DNA from: a virus
DNA: 64,000 nt
Direction: 5' to 3' (one strand)
IMG/VR virus record: IMGVR_UViG_3300043429_000130
Location: 1-64,000 of that record
Below, piece after piece: positions 58,801 to 64,000 of this stretch. The notes beneath the pieces were generated by a model. It was not told the origin of the DNA and made no database searches. It saw only the letters and a program-made list of their open reading frames with translations. The first letter of the stretch is position 1. Each line of letters begins with the position of its first letter. The position numbers and the translations under genes are program-made.

Positions 58801-60684
58801 ATTAGGACCATAACCTCCCAACTGTGAAGAGTTTGTTGCTGTAGAAGCATTACCAGATAAACTTCCACTAAATGTAGGAGCACTAACCGTACCTGTCATA
58901 GTAAGATTACCTGATTGGTCCATTACAAATACTTGAGTGCCACTAGAATTTCTTATTTGGAAGTTAGTTTGAGAAACTATATTATAACTACCTGCACCTG
59001 TAGCTCCACTTGTATTAAATGATATTACAGCAGTTGAACCCGGAAGTCTGACGTTTTCATTATAGTTTCCTCCAGGACCTTGAGCTATTAATAATCCTAC
59101 TGTAACAGCGTTTGATGTAGTGCTTCCTCTACTTGTTACCGAGTTTAATGTATCTGTCTCGGTATATGATGTAATATAACCGGGCCCATTAGTAAGTTGA
59201 TTTAAATTAGTAAGATTACCACTATGATATATAGTGTTACCATCCCAATATAAAACTTGATTTGTTCTCATTTCTAAGAACGTACCTTTTACACCACTAA
59301 TATGAAATGCAATACCTGTTGCAGTATTATCATAAGATTCTGTCCATAAAGCTGCTGTAGTATAGTTACCAGCTGTTTGAGATTTTCTAGTTCTTAATCC
59401 ACCATAATAAGTTGTTTCGGTAGAAGTAGTAGCTCCACGAGCTGTAACATTAGCAAGAGTAGAAGTCTCAGTATAAGAACTTATGTACCCACTTGGATTA
59501 CTATTATTATAGGGTGTATACCCTAAAGCTGTTGTAACATTAGAAGAAGTTATTCCTGTAATATATCCAGATGGATTGGTAGAATTATAAGGTGTATACC
59601 CTAATGCATTGGTTACTTGAGTAGATGTAATACCTGTTAAATAGCCACCACTTGCGTGGTTACCCCACCCATATGCAGTATTCCAGTTTGCACTATTGTC
59701 AGTTATGGATGTGCCCCAGGCAGTACCTGTAGATAAAGCTATTCCTGCACTAGGATAAACCATTGAGTTAATAGTCCAACTACGGTTGGCTGTTAAATCA
59801 TAGCTAGTTCCATTGATAGTTATAGTTCTAGCTTGTGGAACTTTTGTTCCTATAGAAGTAGAAACAGTTGTGGCAAAATTAGGATCATCACCAAGAGCTG
59901 CCGCAAGTTCGTTGAGTGTATCAAGAGTTCCTGGAGCTGCGTCTACTAAATTAGAAATAGCTGTACCTACATACGTTTCTGTAGCATACCCAGTTAAAGC
60001 AGATGATGTGATATATCCAGCTCCGTTAGTAAGCTGGTTGTTGTTAGTAATAGTATTAACTACGTTTAGGTTACCTCCTACAATAGATAAACTGATCCCA
60101 GCACCTGCTGAAGCAGTTAGTACACCTGTATTAATAACGTTTAAGTTCTGATCAACTACTGAAAGACTAATACCAGATCCGGCAGACGCTGTTAGTATAC
60201 CAGTATTTATTACATTAAGATTCTGATTAACAACACTAAGGCTAATACCTAATCCAGCTGAGGCTGTTAATATACCTGTGTTTACAACATTTAAGTTTTG
60301 GTTTACAACACTTAAACTAATACCGGCTCCTGAACTAGCAGTAAGTATACCAGTATTAACAATGTTAAGGTTTTGATTAACTACACTTAATGATATACCT
60401 AAACCAGCACTAGCTGTCATCACACCTGTATCAATAGACCAAGCACGGTTAGAAGAAAGATCGTAAGAAGTTCCGTTGATAGTAATAGTTCTACTAGTAG
60501 GTGCATAAGCAGTTACAGCACCACCTACAATAGATCTTACCCATGCAGTGGTTGGAACCTTTCCGCTATTATCTTCACCAGTAGGAGCTATGCCTAAAGC
60601 AAGACTAGCCGGTAATACCACATGACCGTCTGCATCATACTGAAATACATTAAGTATATGGGAGGTCTTCCTTTGTTTGTTCAT
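55873..60684 (-). CDS. Tail fibre protein with C-terminal peptidase S74 chaperone
   Basis: SDKRLK..GVFAQEVQEVLPEAV..VKYEKIVPLLIEAIKE; four IFYDxNDxxYYxxP repeats. Confidence 0.88.
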   Translation of the reverse strand: MNKQRKTSHILNVFQYDADGHVVLPASLALGIAPTGEDNSGKVPTTAWVRSIVGGAVTAYAPTSRTITINGTSYDLSSNRAWSIDTGVMTASAGLGISLSVVNQNLNIVNTGILTASSGAGISLSVVNQNLNVVNTGILTASAGLGISLSVVNQNLNVINTGILTASAGSGISLSVVDQNLNVINTGVLTASAGAGISLSIVGGNLNVVNTITNNNQLTNGAGYITSSALTGYATETYVGTAISNLVDAAPGTLDTLNELAAALGDDPNFATTVSTSIGTKVPQARTITINGTSYDLTANRSWTINSMVYPSAGIALSTGTAWGTSITDNSANWNTAYGWGNHASGGYLTGITSTQVTNALGYTPYNSTNPSGYITGITSSNVTTALGYTPYNNSNPSGYISSYTETSTLANVTARGATTSTETTYYGGLRTRKSQTAGNYTTAALWTESYDNTATGIAFHISGVKGTFLEMRTNQVLYWDGNTIYHSGNLTNLNQLTNGPGYITSYTETDTLNSVTSRGSTTSNAVTVGLLIAQGPGGNYNENVRLPGSTAVISFNTSGATGAGSYNIVSQTNFQIRNSSGTQVFVMDQSGNLTMTGTVSAPTFSGSLSGNASTATNSSQLGGYGPNQTGGANTIVQRDSNGYIQNSYFYTSGGGSERGTGISYIAGFNSGDYYIRSYTLQGLASAMSGVSMNISGNATTANGANGNFYIDDNYGNTVVGVYTSTRYQGVFAMGDAYKLPADGTTTGSLYGLAWSHPNAGGVAGNLNTHGLLVMENGTFLAAVSGSIRARDDMRAPIFYDSNDTAYYLNPAGGSRLRNLYVGDSGDDWSDPGGWGTQVRFSNGPHVKFVLHARTPGIEAGMYVHTPGSVFIGSYTGHSVNMMVGGNSRLLIEDARVYSHVYMEAAGSMRAPIFYDSNDTGYYVDPNGVSNLSALKIPNASSYTSLRVGIDTSSRIYADDNRKAIAINADYYPALHLNAYNGTNTTHGAYIVMSGTLSAGGYRLWTMGIANYNPGIFSIGYSDLQDGNGHYGIGDAWSGNDAHHGRLIVDTSGNTKIRGMLYINGTSGGISAGSPVIHAGNIGSQSVNYASSSGTTSQRSFDYLYASSYLESGGAVYGTIFYDNNDRGYYLDPNTSGTSLRIAGNIHSDGSFGSNGYSSSSPNVVSRVFAPKGAAFSSDGSTGAIRIKLPFRGNNPMWTMKVRIYNYSTNQTSEYLLGNYAYDQGGYNSSATFIGGSNAPVHTVRFGNQDGVDCVWIGETNTGWSYPVVSVLDFTSGFRASDAGSQGTGWNISIVTSFGTIGTTINPDVKFSGLSAYSIQGTSNVAGTGSASYHPSGIYSTGTNWLYGTMYLNGNTVYDVNEIHANIFYDRNDTSYYLDPNSTSRLHSLITHYTRNIHDVATDHPFGLYFSNSFSDYSYAIYRQTGSWSHPYPDLHIAFHTGIKIGAYYGYNGTRFYNNSDWATITASVNDGDNHFRGYYDIIAYASDKRLKHNIQVIDNAIDKVMKLTGMTYQWNNVGSKHGWEPDTETREAGVFAQEVQEVLPEAVKLAPFDNNMGVSKSGENFLTVKYEKIVPLLIEAIKEQQKQIEELQNKLDNVLSSR
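60055..60430 (-). repeat. Five 75-bp (25-aa) tandem repeats GILTASAGxGISLSVVNQNLNVxNT
   Basis: Visible in protein and DNA. Confidence 0.85.
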
Positions 60685-60693
60685 AACCTACTA

Positions 60694-63600
60694 TTATCTA
60701 TTTATAAGTTGTTTTACTAAATCTTTAAGTTCTTCTATCTCACTCTTCTGAGATTCTATTTGTGTCTGCTGCTCTTTTATAGCTTCTGTAAGTAATGCTA
60801 CCATTTTGCTATAATCTATCGAATGCCTATCACTAATTCCAGCAAGTAGGTCAGGCTGTACGCTAACTACTTCAGGAACAATTTCCTTAACATCTTGCGC
60901 AATGAAACCAAGCTTAGTAGACTTATCTTCAATGTCTATTCTGTTATAATAAACACCTGTTAGCTGCAATACTTTTTCTAACGCATTCTTAACAGGGGTA
61001 ATATTACTTTTAATCCTTTTGTCAGAATAAGCAGTTACGTCACCAGACGCTGTAGCGTTACCTGAGTTGTCCACTCTAAATATCCAGTTTCTTCCAGTGT
61101 TTAAAAAACCGATTTCATTTGCGGCTGAGTTGTGAATATAATTCCTAGTTGTGCCGCCACCTATAAAGTGTATAGACGCATCAGAGTTACCACTATGTAC
61201 ATAAAAATCAGAACCATTTTCTGGATATAAATGCCATCCTGTATTAGACCAATAGATACCGTTGTTGTTGGTGTGATTTCTGAACCAACCACCGGATGTA
61301 TAAACATCATTACCAGTTACACTACTTGCTGCAGTAAGACTACCAGCCACAGTTACATACCCATTCCATATTCTAAATTGCTCTCCATTACCATACCTGA
61401 ACTCCATTCTATCTGAGTATCCAAGTATAGATGTAGTAGGCATACCTGATTCACCAGATGCACTAAAAGCAATTACAGATACTCCGTTTGGTGCATTGAA
61501 CAGTCTTATATTTTCATTGTATGCATTAAAATTACCTCCATTGTTTATCCATACAGAACCATTACTTATCGTACTTCCAAAACTAGCAGCACCTGTACTA
61601 GAAAGAGTCATAGATGATGTTCTTGTTCCTCCTGTAGTAGTATTGTAAAAAAACCAATCACCGCTAGGAGAAAATCTCATGTATGCCTGACCAAAGTTTC
61701 CATTAAATCTTCCGAAGCCACTTGGAGAACCTCCGTTATTAATCACGTTATATCCAAAACCAGCCCAGTCCCATGTCACTCCGGGTTCAGAGCACCATTG
61801 ATATAATACAACTCTTCCTGTTGCTGCTCCATTATTTGCAGCAGGTAATTCATTTTGAATATATGAAGTTCCGTGTCCTCCTGTATTTGTAAATCCATCT
61901 ATTGAATAATATGCTCTACTTGCTACACTTGCACTGCCTGCACTAGTAGCATAGTTAACAGATTGAGAACCGATGTTACCAGAATGTATTAATGTTCTTA
62001 TTGTACCATTATCAAAAAAAGTACCATTAGCATAAATATAATATGTACCACCAACCGGTGAGCCAATATACGTTCCATAGCTTCCGTTATACCCAAAAGC
62101 ATCGGTCATTGCACCATGTGAAAACATTGTACCACTACTTAAGCTAGAGTAAAATCTTGGGGCACGCATATCTCCCGCTGCAAATATTGTACTAGCCGAC
62201 CAGATATATCCAGTGAAATTTGACATCATCCACTGAGCATAAGCTGATGTTGCTCCAACAAAATTAGATGTCAACACTCCATTGCCATTTACATTAGCTG
62301 CTGACATACCAAATAATTCAGCGCCAACTGTTGTATATCCACCAAATGTGTGATTCCCAGAAGGATTATTTTTCCAATACAATCCCCAGTTAGCTGCGTT
62401 TTCTTGGAATATCCATGCATCAACTTCAGATACAGCATGCTTTAAAAGTATAGAACCACCAGGAGCAGTAAAAGTTATTCCACTAGCAGTACTAGAACCA
62501 CGTGACATTACTGTTGCTAGTGTATCTGTTTCTGTATATCCTGTTATATACCCGGGGCCGTTAGTTAACTGGTTAAGATTAGTTAAGTTACTAGAATTCC
62601 AAACAGTATATTCTGTTCCGTTACTAGCGGCCCATTTTATTGATCTACCTCTAAATACGTAATCTCCTGTATCAGTTGGTTCACCCCAATATACATTTTT
62701 ACCAGATTCAAAATTATATACACCACTTACTGAACTATGTGCACCTTTATACACAACTCTCCAGTATCCTGATGCTACATCTACTTTATATGCTGGATTA
62801 GTTATACCTGTATAATCACCACCAGCATTTGACCAAGCAGCAGCAAACACAGGAGTTCCACTCATTGTACCACCTGATAAAGGAAGAGCGTATGAATTAT
62901 AATTACCGGCATGAATTATAGTATTGCCAAGTATACTAGCACCAGTAGAAACAATTCTAAGTACTGAACTATTATTAGAACCTAAATGTAAAGGAGCATC
63001 TTGTACATTTATTATAGCAGCGTGGTTAGGTCCATGATATCCAGTAGGAGAACTTTCATTACAGTATCCAAGTAAGAGACCCCATGAACTATTATGACTA
63101 ATATTCATTTGGTTATCTGTTCCACCTGTAACATTAAATATGCCACCATTTGTAGAACCACCTGTACCTATATTAGTCTTACCAGTTACAGTACCACCAG
63201 AAAGAGGTAAATAGTTACTAGGAATAAAATTTCCAGCATGCCAAACTTGGTTACCTCCTTGTTGAAGAGATCCAGTTACTACATTAACTGTTGAACCAGT
63301 AATGCGTAAAGTAGATGCTGATCCTTCAATATTTACAGTACCATAAGTACTTGTTTGTCTGTTATAAGCTATTATATAAACTTGTCCTCCTGATGTACCT
63401 ATTTCAGCTGCTAAACCTGTTGCAGCATTACCTGTATACCAACCAGTAAAACGACCCATTCCACCTGTAGATATATCTCCACTAAAATCTCTCTGTGATA
63501 CTGTTACAGCATTTCCTGAAATATTAGTTTGATCTCCTGTATTAGTACCACTAAGATTTGCAGCTGTTAGTGAACCTGTAAAGTTAGCTGTACCATCTAC

Positions 63601-64000
63601 AGCCATACTAAATCTTGTATCTGAATCTAAAGCTGCCCAACTTCTAGCTATTTTAAACTTATCACTATCTGAGTTATCAATACCCATTGACCAACCTTGC
63701 ACACCTCCAATATCAAAAGAAAGTATTGGATCACCTCCAGTTGCAGAACTAGTTCTGATTGCTATAATAGCATTTGACGTAGCAGTTGTTCCTGTATTAT
63801 ATAAATATATAACAGGAACATTGGTACTTGCAGCAGTACTATACGTATCATTTGTATTAGTAATAGTAAAACCTGTATTAGTTGTACTATTTCTTAAAAT
63901 AACACTTTGTAAAGTATCTGTTTCTGTATACCCAGTAATAAATGCAGGAGCTCCAGTAATCTTAGACCAAGCCAAAGCTGTAATCCAAGAAGGATCTGAG
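60694..64000 (-). CDS. Tail fibre protein with C-terminal peptidase S74 chaperone (5' end beyond window)
   Basis: Frame open to the window edge (SDPSWITALAWSK...); SDKRIK..LGFIAQDV..IDYSKMVALLTEAIKE. Confidence 0.85.
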   Translation of the reverse strand, partial: SDPSWITALAWSKITGAPAFITGYTETDTLQSVILRNSTTNTGFTITNTNDTYSTAASTNVPVIYLYNTGTTATSNAIIAIRTSSATGGDPILSFDIGGVQGWSMGIDNSDSDKFKIARSWAALDSDTRFSMAVDGTANFTGSLTAANLSGTNTGDQTNISGNAVTVSQRDFSGDISTGGMGRFTGWYTGNAATGLAAEIGTSGGQVYIIAYNRQTSTYGTVNIEGSASTLRITGSTVNVVTGSLQQGGNQVWHAGNFIPSNYLPLSGGTVTGKTNIGTGGSTNGGIFNVTGGTDNQMNISHNSSWGLLLGYCNESSPTGYHGPNHAAIINVQDAPLHLGSNNSSVLRIVSTGASILGNTIIHAGNYNSYALPLSGGTMSGTPVFAAAWSNAGGDYTGITNPAYKVDVASGYWRVVYKGAHSSVSGVYNFESGKNVYWGEPTDTGDYVFRGRSIKWAASNGTEYTVWNSSNLTNLNQLTNGPGYITGYTETDTLATVMSRGSSTASGITFTAPGGSILLKHAVSEVDAWIFQENAANWGLYWKNNPSGNHTFGGYTTVGAELFGMSAANVNGNGVLTSNFVGATSAYAQWMMSNFTGYIWSASTIFAAGDMRAPRFYSSLSSGTMFSHGAMTDAFGYNGSYGTYIGSPVGGTYYIYANGTFFDNGTIRTLIHSGNIGSQSVNYATSAGSASVASRAYYSIDGFTNTGGHGTSYIQNELPAANNGAATGRVVLYQWCSEPGVTWDWAGFGYNVINNGGSPSGFGRFNGNFGQAYMRFSPSGDWFFYNTTTGGTRTSSMTLSSTGAASFGSTISNGSVWINNGGNFNAYNENIRLFNAPNGVSVIAFSASGESGMPTTSILGYSDRMEFRYGNGEQFRIWNGYVTVAGSLTAASSVTGNDVYTSGGWFRNHTNNNGIYWSNTGWHLYPENGSDFYVHSGNSDASIHFIGGGTTRNYIHNSAANEIGFLNTGRNWIFRVDNSGNATASGDVTAYSDKRIKSNITPVKNALEKVLQLTGVYYNRIDIEDKSTKLGFIAQDVKEIVPEVVSVQPDLLAGISDRHSIDYSKMVALLTEAIKEQQTQIESQKSEIEELKDLVKQLINR

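Noticed and set aside
54270-60430. CRISPR-like arrays
   Set aside because: Periodic 75/84-bp units are degenerate codon repeats without unique spacers.
51330-64000. Diversity-generating retroelement targeting the fibres
   Set aside because: No reverse transcriptase in the window; repeats are in-frame coding units and I saw no adenine-specific TR/VR pair.
1-64000. Stop-codon reassignment as in some crAss lineages
   Set aside because: Very long ORFs are intact in the standard code; TAG (4885-4887, 40303) and TGA (39940) end genes with tight packing.
5704-64000. Short + strand and alternative-frame ORFs in the track (e.g. 11473-12027, 39843-40253, 54241-54681)
   Set aside because: They are shadows of long - strand genes, with no recognisable motifs.

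Overview
This AT-rich window is part of a large lytic crAss-like (Crassvirales-type) phage genome, most likely infecting an aerobic Bacteroidota host. Standard genetic code; no tRNA, CRISPR array, integrase or reverse transcriptase seen. 1-5.7 kb (+): end of a nucleotide-metabolism block (metallophosphoesterase tail, HAD, class I RNR beta/alpha with class Id signature, MazG-like, cyclic-phosphate receiver domain), ending at a convergent terminator. 5.7-64 kb (-): virion block. It has three tandem S74-chaperone tail fibres, an adhesin-like tip, a free-standing GIY-YIG endonuclease, an FN3/Cys-rich cluster, a phosphoesterase, IHF-like and ring proteins, a small zincin, the muzzle/stabilisation protein and six putative ejection (cargo) proteins, including a 4259-aa virion RNA polymerase (GSDFDIDK). 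Most interesting: (i) three adjacent cargo proteins built from small modules separated by a recurring Phi-x-x-G-G motif, possibly processed polyproteins; (ii) a NADAR domain inserted in the virion RNAP; (iii) degenerate zincin motifs in the giant proteins next to an intact stand-alone zincin; (iv) a 58-bp regulatory element present twice; (v) a giant-virus-type domain split and reordered across two genes. Domain calls are by motif recognition only; no searches were run.
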